Positions 19,185 to 28,092 of a stretch of DNA of 64,000 nt are shown here, piece after piece. The notes under the pieces are model-generated. The model saw only the letters and a list, made by a program, of their open reading frames with translations. It did no database searches and was not told where the DNA came from. Position numbers and translations under genes: made by a program. Source of the stretch: a virus; IMG/VR virus record IMGVR_UViG_3300050491_000011. One strand, 5' to 3'. Each line of letters begins with the position of its first letter. Positions within the stretch are counted from its first letter, which is position 1.

Positions 19185-20067
19185 GTCCAGCTCCGAAGAT
19201 GGGTTGGTATACGTCGAACAGTTTAAGCTTCACCTGTTCAGCACGGCGGCGATCGTCCATCTCGTAGAACAGATCGTCGAGACAGTTACCGATAGAGACC
19301 TTGGCATCCTCGAAGCTCTCGTTAGAGATCACTGCGAGCGAGAAGATGTCGTTGATAGCCTCTTCCATTGGCTTCTCGATCAAACGCCCCACAGCCAAGC
19401 CGTAGAGTGCTTCCATCGATACACCCAGACCCTCATCGTTGCTGCCCATCTCTGCGCCGATCGAGTCTTTGTTAGTTTTCACCAAACGGGACAATCGTTT
19501 GAGTAACTCACCATCGCGAGTCATTGTAATCTCATTGACGTTGTCAGCTACAACCGCGGCTTTACAAACACGACGCACGTTCTTAGTGAAGTTGTCGTGG
19601 ATCTCGAGGATCTGCTCTTGCAGCAGGTCTTCGGAGTAAGTACCCAATTGTGCCACAAGCTTGACGAACGCTTCATCGACGTCTTCAGCGGAATCAAGAA
19701 GGTCGACAAGGATCGTGGGCGTATCCGTTGGGTCGAAGTTTACGATGATCTCGTAGATCTCCGCCAACATGGCGATAGGGATGTCAGGTGACAGTTCCAC
19801 ACCGCAAATATTCAGGGATGTTTCAGCTGCAATACGCAGCACTTCATCGAGACTGGAGACGATCTCCGTCGGATCGATGTTCTGATCATTCAACTTAGAG
19901 AACAGAAGATCCATCTCATCGAGATGGCTGGTCGTGTTGGATTTGATCAGCGACTTGTTCAGGTTAACGTAGATCTCTTCAAGCTCTGGAGAGCAGCGAT
20001 CCCGAGCGAGTGTCCGCACTGATAGTTCTGTGACGAAATCATCGTCGGCCTGCATTGGCTTGTCCAT
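19171..20067 (-). CDS. Virion-associated core protein (phiKZ gp79-like position)
   Basis: Acidic helical ORF overlapping the start of the vRNAP gene; GGGAGG RBS before ATG 20067. Confidence 0.65.
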   Translation of the reverse strand: MDKPMQADDDFVTELSVRTLARDRCSPELEEIYVNLNKSLIKSNTTSHLDEMDLLFSKLNDQNIDPTEIVSSLDEVLRIAAETSLNICGVELSPDIPIAMLAEIYEIIVNFDPTDTPTILVDLLDSAEDVDEAFVKLVAQLGTYSEDLLQEQILEIHDNFTKNVRRVCKAAVVADNVNEITMTRDGELLKRLSRLVKTNKDSIGAEMGSNDEGLGVSMEALYGLAVGRLIEKPMEEAINDIFSLAVISNESFEDAKVSIGNCLDDLFYEMDDRRRAEQVKLKLFDVYQPIFGAGHAEV

Positions 20068-20155
20068 CAAAGCCCTCCCGGTTAAACCGTACATTAATAG
20101 ATATAGCTACCCTATATATGGGTTCGCTTAAAGCTTCATACTAGAGAGGTTCAGT

Positions 20156-20635
20156 ATGCGTAATAATAATTCCGAGCGATTCGTTGCTCACGGAAACTCG
20201 ATCGAAGCTACTAATGCTGAAGTTGAGAAAGAAGTTCAGGGTTATCAGGATACTTTGGCCGTCAGTCTGAATGCTGCGATTCAGCCAGTAAAAGACCTCG
20301 CCGAGTCCATCAACGTATTGCATGCCGAAGGTCGTCAAGAGGACGTGCCTAAATTGACCGGCCTGGTGAAGATGCTCGCTCGTGACGCTGACGTCTTGAT
20401 TGCCGAGAAGAAAGTGGTTGATGAGGAACTGGCCAAGCTTCAGGCTAATCCACCAACCAAGAAGCGCCATCTGTCGAACCACCACGCCGGCCTGATGGCT
20501 GCTGGTGCTAAGTACCTCGGTCTGTCCCAGCGTGCGACGAACACCGTAGGTAACATCCTCGGCGATTACATGGATTTGATCGATCCGCTCAAATCTAAAC
20601 CTGAAACCGCAGAACAAAGTGAGGCTGTATCGTGA
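20156..20635 (+). CDS. Hypothetical helical protein
   Basis: GAGGT RBS; GTGA overlap with the next gene. Confidence 0.75.
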   Translation: MRNNNSERFVAHGNSIEATNAEVEKEVQGYQDTLAVSLNAAIQPVKDLAESINVLHAEGRQEDVPKLTGLVKMLARDADVLIAEKKVVDEELAKLQANPPTKKRHLSNHHAGLMAAGAKYLGLSQRATNTVGNILGDYMDLIDPLKSKPETAEQSEAVS

Positions 20636-22476
20636 GTGACGAACAGATCGTAGATCAACCTGAAGAAGAACGCCCGGTCGTATTGGAAGAGCAGATCTCC
20701 AAACCGGCTGAGTTCACTCCGACTCCTGCTGAAGAGCCTGTAGATCTCAGCGAGCCTCAGTGGCAAGCGATCGATGAACTACCATCGGGCTTCGCTCACG
20801 AGCCAGCACATGAGCATCCAGCGCAAGAAGCTGAAGCTCTGGGTGACCTGATGGCCGCGCTTCCTGTCAGTGAGCAGATCGTCGATCTGTCCGTACCGAC
20901 TCCGGAAGCTGACCCTACGCCAACTCGCGAAATGATCGGCGACTACACGCCGAACATGAACGTCAATGACGATCAGGGTATCTTGACCGTATTGACCGAC
21001 GAACAACTGGCGAAGTTCTCTCGCGACAATCCGTCCGTTCTGCTGTCCAACTTCTCGGCTTCCGAACTGGACGTCATGTACGACCAGATCGAGCGTCAAG
21101 TAGCAGCCGCTCAAGCATCTCGTGAAGAACTCGTGAAGAACGGCGGTGGTGCCGGTCTCTACGCTGGCCGTACTGACGATGGCGAAGTGATCTACATCAC
21201 CGTCAACGAAGGTAAGGCGATGGGTGCGATTGACGACTATCGCAAAACCACCGCCCCATACCGCGACAACGATGATCTCTTCGGCGACGACAGCGAATGG
21301 ACCAACCTGCCTAAGGTCGGTGATACTCCGATTGCTCCTGGCCGTCTGGACCACGAGAAGTCGAAAGACCCGGTCATGCGTATCCGTGGTCGTCTGGGTA
21401 TGGCTGTTGAATACACCAACCCGTTCTGGGCGTCAGGCCTACACATGGTTATCGAAGGCGCTGGTGCGCTGGAAGAACTCTCTCTGGATCAGAAGATCCT
21501 GACTGAGAAAGCCGAGATGGGTCGTGACAGCAGCGGTTATGTCTACAGTGCTTCGGCTCTGTACCTGAACCGTCCTGTGGTTGACTTCGCTCTGAGTCAA
21601 GTGCGTAGCACCACCATCGGTACTACTGATCCGCAAGTGCTGAAGAGCCTCCTGCTGATTACTGATATCGATCCGCTGGCGCTGGCCATGGCTTCTGCCA
21701 ACATGCCTAACGGCTTCCTGCTGGAACGTCCTTGCCTGGAACAGATCGGCGGTTGCGGTTACGTTACCAAGCGTCAGGTGAACCTGCGCCGTATGCTGAT
21801 GGTTCGTCGTTCGAAGTTGTCGGATGACCAAGCTCAGTTCATGAGCAAGCGTGCTGGTACTGTTGACATCAAGACTGTTCTCGGCTACCAAGCCAAGATG
21901 CGTCCTGAGATCAGCCGTATCGTCCAACTGAAAGGCGGCATGATCCTGCGCTTCAAGGTTCCTACCATCGCTGAATACGAGCGTATCGCTTCGGCATGGC
22001 TGGACTACATGGATCAGCAGTCCCGTAAGGTTGCTGCCAGCAATGCTAACCAGCAAGAGCGTGAAGCGTTCCTGTTGAAGGCATCTCGTGTCTCCGTTCT
22101 GATGGCCTACGGTCACTGGATCGAAGCTATCCTCGAAACCAACCCTGACGATCTGGCTGCTGAGCCTAAAGTAATGATCGAACGCGTTGGCGAAGAAGGT
22201 AGTCCTGAGCAGTACCAGTCTGACGTTCAAATGCAGCGTCTGTTGGTATCTCTGGCTGTCGATCAGGATCTGAGCGATCAGATCATCGAAGAGCTCAGCG
22301 AGTTCATCAACCAGATGACCATGTCTACACCGGTTATCCCGAAGATGAAGTGCCCGAACTGCGGTAAACAGATGCACGGCGACGATGCTTCGAAGCATCC
22401 ACACCTTGTAAACCTGAACGCCGTAGAAGTTTTTTTTACCCTACTCCGCCTCAGAATGCAAAAGCTGTCAAGCTAA
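20632..22476 (+). CDS. Putative T4 gp26-like baseplate hub / tail assembly chaperone with a C-terminal Zn-ribbon half-site
   Basis: 614 aa; acidic N-terminus, internal CLEQIGGC and C-terminal KCPNCGK; ends ...NAVEVFF over a T8 run. Confidence 0.55.
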   Translation: MSDEQIVDQPEEERPVVLEEQISKPAEFTPTPAEEPVDLSEPQWQAIDELPSGFAHEPAHEHPAQEAEALGDLMAALPVSEQIVDLSVPTPEADPTPTREMIGDYTPNMNVNDDQGILTVLTDEQLAKFSRDNPSVLLSNFSASELDVMYDQIERQVAAAQASREELVKNGGGAGLYAGRTDDGEVIYITVNEGKAMGAIDDYRKTTAPYRDNDDLFGDDSEWTNLPKVGDTPIAPGRLDHEKSKDPVMRIRGRLGMAVEYTNPFWASGLHMVIEGAGALEELSLDQKILTEKAEMGRDSSGYVYSASALYLNRPVVDFALSQVRSTTIGTTDPQVLKSLLLITDIDPLALAMASANMPNGFLLERPCLEQIGGCGYVTKRQVNLRRMLMVRRSKLSDDQAQFMSKRAGTVDIKTVLGYQAKMRPEISRIVQLKGGMILRFKVPTIAEYERIASAWLDYMDQQSRKVAASNANQQEREAFLLKASRVSVLMAYGHWIEAILETNPDDLAAEPKVMIERVGEEGSPEQYQSDVQMQRLLVSLAVDQDLSDQIIEELSEFINQMTMSTPVIPKMKCPNCGKQMHGDDASKHPHLVNLNAVEVFFTLLRLRMQKLSS

Positions 22477-22955
22477 CTCCCAACGGCGAAGTGTATCACC
22501 ACATCGGCCTCCACGATTTCGGCAGAGAGATCACTCCGTTCACGGAAGGTACTCCTCTGTACAACTTAATCATGGGTAAGACCGTGAAGGACGACTTCAC
22601 TTCGCAGTTGATGTTCCTTGAAGCTTACGACGAAACCTTCGGTATCTTCGACCACGCCACATTCGACCACAACGACCCAATGTCTATCATCGCGATGCAT
22701 CCATCCGAAGATATGATCACTGGGTCACGGTTGGTGTCGTACTCGAGGGAACTGATGGCCTGTCGTATTCCTGAGCTGACCAATAAGCCTATCGATGAAC
22801 TGATGAGATTACCCAAGTGGTATTTGGATGATCTTCTGAAGGATGGGCGTAAGGCACGGACTCGGGAAGATGCTGAAGTGGAGAAGATGCAGAACGATCT
22901 CAAGGCTAGTGCCGAAGCTGCGGCTGAACGTTCGCAGAACGGTGAGAAACCGTAG
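22437..22955 (+). CDS. Start-less ORF, probably translated as the -1 frameshift extension of 20632..22476 (gp51/GT-like tail)
   Basis: The -1 frame is open from the T8 run to TAG 22955; no RBS before GTG 22491; C-terminal IDELMRLPKWYLDDLL. Confidence 0.65.
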   Translation, partial: YPTPPQNAKAVKLTPNGEVYHHIGLHDFGREITPFTEGTPLYNLIMGKTVKDDFTSQLMFLEAYDETFGIFDHATFDHNDPMSIIAMHPSEDMITGSRLVSYSRELMACRIPELTNKPIDELMRLPKWYLDDLLKDGRKARTREDAEVEKMQNDLKASAEAAAERSQNGEKP

Positions 22956-22958
22956 ACA

Positions 22959-22992
22959 GCATAAAGGGCGGGGTAATCCCCGCCCTTTATGC
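22959..22992. terminator. Bidirectional terminator GCATAAAGGGCGGGG-TAAT-CCCCGCCCTTTATGC
   Basis: Perfect 15-bp stem between convergent genes. Confidence 0.85.
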
Positions 22993-22996
22993 CCTA

Positions 22997-24331
22997 TCAG
23001 TCTTTCAGTACCGATGCAACGTCTTTGCGGTGAACCGAGATCGCAGTGTTCTCGATCAGGGTCAGCTTCGACTTGTTATCGATAGCAAAGCCATCGATCT
23101 TCTTCACGACCACGAGGGTAGCCTTACAGAGATCGTACGAAACCTTGTTACGGGTATCGGTCAAGAAGCCCATGCACTGACTGATCGACGTGAAGCCGGT
23201 CAATACAGAGGACAGCGACTTGAGGAACGGTACGAGCTTGTTGGCGTAGACTTGTTCCAACCCAGGCTTGAGACCTTTGTTGTTGAAGCCCTTAACCTTA
23301 GCCAACACTGGATCGGTACGCCCACGAGCCCAGCTGATCGTGCCGCTGATCTCTTCCGCCCACTTGGTAGGCTTGTAGTCGATGATGAGCTTCTTGAAGT
23401 CATCTTCTTTGATCTGCGTGCGTTCGTTCATCTGGCTGCGGTAAGCGCCCTTAACGTAACTGGCGATCGACTCGAACGAAGTCAACTTACCGTTGACGTT
23501 CATCTGCTTGACGTTATAGCCGTAGCTAAGCGCCAGCTTGAACATGGCCGCGTTGGTCATGTCGAACAGTTCCATCTTGGCGATGGCCACGTCAACGTCA
23601 GCTTCGGTCTCAGCCTTAGCCAGACCGATCAGGAAGTCTTCAACAGCTTCGGCGAATGGAGGAAGCTTGGTCTTGATGACACCACAGAGGAGTACCATCT
23701 CTTCAAGCTGCTTCTCAGGAGCCAGCAGTTGGCGATCCTTGAAGCTGTTCCACTTACCGTTGATGTTGCGCATCTCGCTGGCGATAGTACCGTCACGAAC
23801 ACGACGAGCCATCTGAGAGACGGCTGAGTTGTTCGACAGGATCTTGTCGACTTCGATGATGTACTTCTGGAGGGAACCGAGCTTCTGCTCAAGATCGTCC
23901 ACCGCCGCAGTCGCTTGACCAGCCTGACTCAACCAGTTCCAAAGCTTATTGCAAGCTTCGATGATGTAAGCCAGCACGCTGCCCAGCGCATTCACTACCG
24001 CCTCGTAGGCGGTCTTAACGAAGCTCTCAGTGGATACTTCGTAGTTGGTGCGACTAGGCTCCTGCGTGAAGCTGTTGATCGGGTAACGATCGATCAACTT
24101 GCCAAGCACTGGGTAAGTACCAGTCAGTGCTTTGATGTTCTCCATGTCGCTACGGCAAACGTATTTACGCTTGACGATTGTTTCGTACGTTTCGAAGACC
24201 AGCATCATGTCGTCGAATTCTTTCGCGTGGACGGGGTTAGGCGTCTCATCGATGATCGCAACAGGGGTGTCGTCGTTCTCAATCTCGGCGGATTCAACCG
24301 AGAGGTCGGCTAATGTGATACTGGCATTCAT
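22997..24331 (-). CDS. Virion head protein (phiKZ gp86-like)
   Basis: 444 aa; SVE and STE (EVSTES) prohead-protease-type motifs; gene order. Confidence 0.65.
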   Translation of the reverse strand: MNASITLADLSVESAEIENDDTPVAIIDETPNPVHAKEFDDMMLVFETYETIVKRKYVCRSDMENIKALTGTYPVLGKLIDRYPINSFTQEPSRTNYEVSTESFVKTAYEAVVNALGSVLAYIIEACNKLWNWLSQAGQATAAVDDLEQKLGSLQKYIIEVDKILSNNSAVSQMARRVRDGTIASEMRNINGKWNSFKDRQLLAPEKQLEEMVLLCGVIKTKLPPFAEAVEDFLIGLAKAETEADVDVAIAKMELFDMTNAAMFKLALSYGYNVKQMNVNGKLTSFESIASYVKGAYRSQMNERTQIKEDDFKKLIIDYKPTKWAEEISGTISWARGRTDPVLAKVKGFNNKGLKPGLEQVYANKLVPFLKSLSSVLTGFTSISQCMGFLTDTRNKVSYDLCKATLVVVKKIDGFAIDNKSKLTLIENTAISVHRKDVASVLKD

Positions 24332-24368
24332 GTTCTCGTCCCTCAGGTCATGCAGATGAAAGGTGTAA

Positions 24369-24803
24369 TCAGGCAGCAGCTTCAGCGTCTGCTTTCAAGA
24401 TGTTCACCGCTTGGGTGATCTTGTACTTGTTAACGCCGCTGGAGGCGTACTCAGGCATTACCTTAATCAGGGTAGCCGCGAATGGAGCTTCACCGACCAG
24501 CTCATCGATGCAGCAGCCGTATACCAGCTGGTAACGACGCGACCACAGCTGGAAGCCGTACTCGACAGCGCGATCAACGTCGAACGGAGCGACTTCGTTG
24601 ATCTGGTACATGGTGCTACGAACTTCGCCGACGTTCTGGGTGTAGTAGTCACGAACAGCACTGTCTTGCAGTGGAGCGCCTGGCAGGGTAACCAGAGTTG
24701 CAGCCGCGCAGCCCAGAACCGAAGCCAGCAGGTAACGACGGTTTTCGATCTCGGTGCCTTCAGTGAGAGTGGCAACGAGGGCATTAACTTTAAGTGGGTT
24801 CAT
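24369..24803 (-). CDS. Virion head protein (phiKZ gp85-like)
   Basis: 144 aa; ATGA overlap with the upstream gene; size and gene order. Confidence 0.6.
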   Translation of the reverse strand: MNPLKVNALVATLTEGTEIENRRYLLASVLGCAAATLVTLPGAPLQDSAVRDYYTQNVGEVRSTMYQINEVAPFDVDRAVEYGFQLWSRRYQLVYGCCIDELVGEAPFAATLIKVMPEYASSGVNKYKITQAVNILKADAEAAA

Positions 24804-26116
24804 TGGTTCAATCCTTTCAGGGAAGCGGACAGTTCGTACAAACGATTGTTAGCGAGGTCTTCCTTCAGATCGTTGGAAGCATGATCTTGACGAATACCGC
24901 GAATCATCTCATAGGTAAAAGCGCCGATCTTCCGAATCACATCGCCGAAGCCATGGATCTTAGAAATCTCATCGTCGATTACCGCGAGGTCTTCAAGAGC
25001 CGCATTACGCGTCTTCTTATCAAGCTTTGGATCTTTGAGCAGGGTTACCAGCTCACGGCGAATCATAGCGATCCGTTGCTCCGGTTGTGGATACGAAGCA
25101 CCGTCCAACATCCCGAGACCAGACGTGAAGATCACGTTGATGGAGAAGGTCTTGGCAACGCTCCAGATGGACGCAAGTGCAAAGGCCGCACGTCCGGCTT
25201 CCGACAGCGCCTTAAATGGCAGGCCGACGATCTGAAGGCCGTTAGACAGAAGACCTACCCACTTGGCGTCAAAGCCTGAGCGAGCAAAGACACCTTTGGC
25301 ACGTTCACGCTTGGCAATGGCACGTACCAGCGCAGCACCCAGCATCCAGCGAGCAGAGAATTGATCCGCTACTGTTTCGGCAAGACGCTTATCGTACCAG
25401 CGAGTACCAGCCTTCTCTTGCATACGAACAACCTGACCTTGCAATACAAGAGCAGTGATCTCAGCAGGAGAGGCATCATCAGGCAGAACCTTGGGGTCCA
25501 TTGCCGACAGCTTCATGGCAGCCTTACCGATGAGGATACGCTTCTCAAGAGGTACGTCTGGATTGATGGCGCCAACAACCTCAGCAAGGATGATGTTGGT
25601 ACGCAGCGTTTCACACATGAACTCGTAGTTAGTCCAAGCGTGGCCGACCTCATGGAAGTAGAGAGCTGTCAGTTCGTCAGGTTCAAACAAACCCTCGAAC
25701 ATAGACTTACTCATCTCCATGTCGTTACGCAGCTTCGTGAAGAAACCTGTAACACGACCTTTCTTGAGATCGATCGTACCCGTTACCAACTGAGCGCCGG
25801 TCAGGTTGTTGAAGTCGTACTTCTCGATACGCTTGAGCGCATCAAGGTTGATCGGGTTGATAGCGTTCAGGTTTGGGAGGTGACACTCGACACGATACGA
25901 TTCGAGGAAGTTCAACTCTTCAACGTAGACCGCTTCCATCCAGACGCCAGTAGCGTCTTTGGTCAACATGGTGATCTCAGCCAAGTACTGACGCACCGCA
26001 TGGGGGTCGTCGAGATTATCCTGAACTTGAGCAAACAGCTTGGTGATTTGTTTCGGCAACTCGGAGTTCGTTTGGAATGCAATAGCCTCCAACGACTCGT
26101 CAATCTTACTGGACAT
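24800..26116 (-). CDS. Virion head protein (phiKZ gp84-like) with an HExxH zinc-peptidase-like motif
   Basis: 438 aa; N-terminal SLE; HEVGH; ETVADQFS; YP..EQR; AGGAG RBS. Confidence 0.7.
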   Translation of the reverse strand: MSSKIDESLEAIAFQTNSELPKQITKLFAQVQDNLDDPHAVRQYLAEITMLTKDATGVWMEAVYVEELNFLESYRVECHLPNLNAINPINLDALKRIEKYDFNNLTGAQLVTGTIDLKKGRVTGFFTKLRNDMEMSKSMFEGLFEPDELTALYFHEVGHAWTNYEFMCETLRTNIILAEVVGAINPDVPLEKRILIGKAAMKLSAMDPKVLPDDASPAEITALVLQGQVVRMQEKAGTRWYDKRLAETVADQFSARWMLGAALVRAIAKRERAKGVFARSGFDAKWVGLLSNGLQIVGLPFKALSEAGRAAFALASIWSVAKTFSINVIFTSGLGMLDGASYPQPEQRIAMIRRELVTLLKDPKLDKKTRNAALEDLAVIDDEISKIHGFGDVIRKIGAFTYEMIRGIRQDHASNDLKEDLANNRLYELSASLKGLNQ

Positions 26117-26224
26117 AAATCGACTCCTGCCCCAGTGGGTATCATAGCAATTAGAGGAACTGTTAATCGTACAAATTTAATCGCGTGACCAATGCTTTAC
26201 AGGAACGTAGATTCGAGGTTAGCA

Positions 26225-28045
26225 ATGAAGAAGTTTCTCACACCAGCAGAGATCGATGTACATCTCGCACACATTCCAAAAGATCAAATTGTATCCCGTG
26301 AGTGCAAGCATGCCACTTACGTTCGTCACCGTGGTGGCGATCAGCAAGACTGTCTGGTGATCAAAGAGTGGGTCACCCTTAAAGACGGTTCACGGTTCCC
26401 ACGCGTCAGGATGGTTGAGAACTACAAGCGTCCGTACTGGGTAACGAAAGAACCATTCCGTACTCACCCTGACAAGATTCAGTTCGAAGAGCTGAAGCGT
26501 CTGGACATGTTCCGTGTACCGCAGTGCAAACTGCGTCAAGACATCTGCTTCCGCATTCGTGGGCTGCAACCAAACAACCCAATGAAGGTGTTGGCTCGCA
26601 GTCCTTACTTGTACGGGCTCGACACTGGCCCTGAAGTCTTCATGAAGCAGAGCTACGCCGACAAGTGGCCCAATGCCTTCCAGCCGAACAGAGTGTCCGT
26701 AATCGACGCCGAGACCGACGTGAACGGTCTGCTGCACTCTAAGCTACAGTTGCCGATTCTTTGGTCATTGGTTAGCGATGATGAGATCGTCCTCTACGTG
26801 AACGATACGTGGGCGTTTGACATCGACAACTACGAAGAGCAGATCCACAAAGAATACCAATCGGTAATCGGACAGTGGGCTGCGGCCATCCGTAAGAAGA
26901 TGACCAACAAGAAGACTGGCGAGTGTCCTGATTGGGTGGACATGATCGAGAAGATCCCAGTCCGCGTCGAGCGTCTGAAGAATGACTTCGACATCACTAA
27001 GGGGATGGTCGATCGTCTGCATGAAACACAACCGGATCTGGTAACAGGCTGGAACGTATTCTTCGATGCTAAATGTATCGAGAACTCCGTAACCAACGCT
27101 GGCTACGATTTGGCTGACGTCATGTCTGATCCTCGTGTTCCTTACGAGTGGCGCGGTGCGTTGCTGACTGAAGGTCAGGCTGTTAAACGTACGTCGTCTG
27201 GACGTGAGATGCGTCTTGATCCGCAAGAACGTTGGAACAAGGTACTCAACACAGCCTCATGGCGCATGCAGGACATGATGCAGCTGTATTGGCAGTTGCG
27301 TAAGGCCAAGGGTAAGGAATCTGGTGGTTACGGCTTAGACGCTGTTCTAGACCGTCAGTTGTCTGTGGGTAAGCTCAAGTACGATACCGAAGATACTTCG
27401 GTGCCGCCTGGGACACTTCACTGGCACATGGACATGCAGCGGAACTACAAGGTTCGCTACGGCGTGTACAACATCATCGACTCCTTGGCAGTTTGGGCGC
27501 TCGATAAGAAGAACCAAGACTTGAGTTCTCAGATCTCATCTCTTGCAGGTCCACTGGATTACTCCAACTTCAACTCGCAGCCGAAGATCAACGTCACTGA
27601 CATGCTCTTCAGCACGATCAAGAAGCTGGGCAAAGTAATCTGCTCCACATCTGATCAAATGGCCGATGAGAACGATGCGCTGCTCTCCGGTAAGGATGGG
27701 TGGATCGTAACCTTCCCAAGCCACATTGTTGCGGATACGGGACTGTTCTTATTTGAGGACATGCCTGAGATCCGATCAATGATCCACATGTTCAACGCGG
27801 ATGCTGACGTGGAAACTACGTATCCGATTTCTGAGATCATTCAGAACCTCTCCAGTGAGACGACAATTGCAGAACCTTGTCGTGTGATGGGTGTAGGGCG
27901 TGAAGCACTGCGTCTTGCAAGTATCAACCTTACTGGTGGTCGTGTGAACTCGGTCGAGATTGTGGAATCCATCTGTAAGATGCCGATGTTCGATGAATGG
28001 CTGGAACAAGCTACCATTGACATCGAAGAGATCAAAGCAGCATAA
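26225..28045 (+). CDS. Split family-B DNA polymerase, 3'-5' exonuclease plus motif A part (phiKZ gp82-like)
   Basis: ExoI DAETD, ExoII GWNVFFD, ExoIII YNIIDS; motif A-like DADVETTYP near the C-terminus; no motif B or C; GAGGT RBS before ATG 26225. Confidence 0.85.
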   Translation: MKKFLTPAEIDVHLAHIPKDQIVSRECKHATYVRHRGGDQQDCLVIKEWVTLKDGSRFPRVRMVENYKRPYWVTKEPFRTHPDKIQFEELKRLDMFRVPQCKLRQDICFRIRGLQPNNPMKVLARSPYLYGLDTGPEVFMKQSYADKWPNAFQPNRVSVIDAETDVNGLLHSKLQLPILWSLVSDDEIVLYVNDTWAFDIDNYEEQIHKEYQSVIGQWAAAIRKKMTNKKTGECPDWVDMIEKIPVRVERLKNDFDITKGMVDRLHETQPDLVTGWNVFFDAKCIENSVTNAGYDLADVMSDPRVPYEWRGALLTEGQAVKRTSSGREMRLDPQERWNKVLNTASWRMQDMMQLYWQLRKAKGKESGGYGLDAVLDRQLSVGKLKYDTEDTSVPPGTLHWHMDMQRNYKVRYGVYNIIDSLAVWALDKKNQDLSSQISSLAGPLDYSNFNSQPKINVTDMLFSTIKKLGKVICSTSDQMADENDALLSGKDGWIVTFPSHIVADTGLFLFEDMPEIRSMIHMFNADADVETTYPISEIIQNLSSETTIAEPCRVMGVGREALRLASINLTGGRVNSVEIVESICKMPMFDEWLEQATIDIEEIKAA

Positions 28046-28092
28046 GGAACCAGCACACTACAGAGTGATCTGTAGTGTGCTGGGGTTTATGC
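28040..28092. terminator. Bidirectional terminator CCAGCACACTACAGA-GTGA-TCTGTAGTGTGCTGG with GCATAA/TTATGC flanks
   Basis: 15-bp perfect stem; flanks contain the stop codons of both convergent genes. Confidence 0.8.

Noticed and set aside
22491..22955. Independent 154-aa gene starting at GTG 22491
   Set aside because: No Shine-Dalgarno sequence, and the frame is open back through the T8 run of the upstream gene.
26192..28045. Truncated or pseudogenised DNA polymerase
   Set aside because: Split family-B polymerases with a separate exonuclease-containing subunit are established in phiKZ-like phages, and the ORF is intact.
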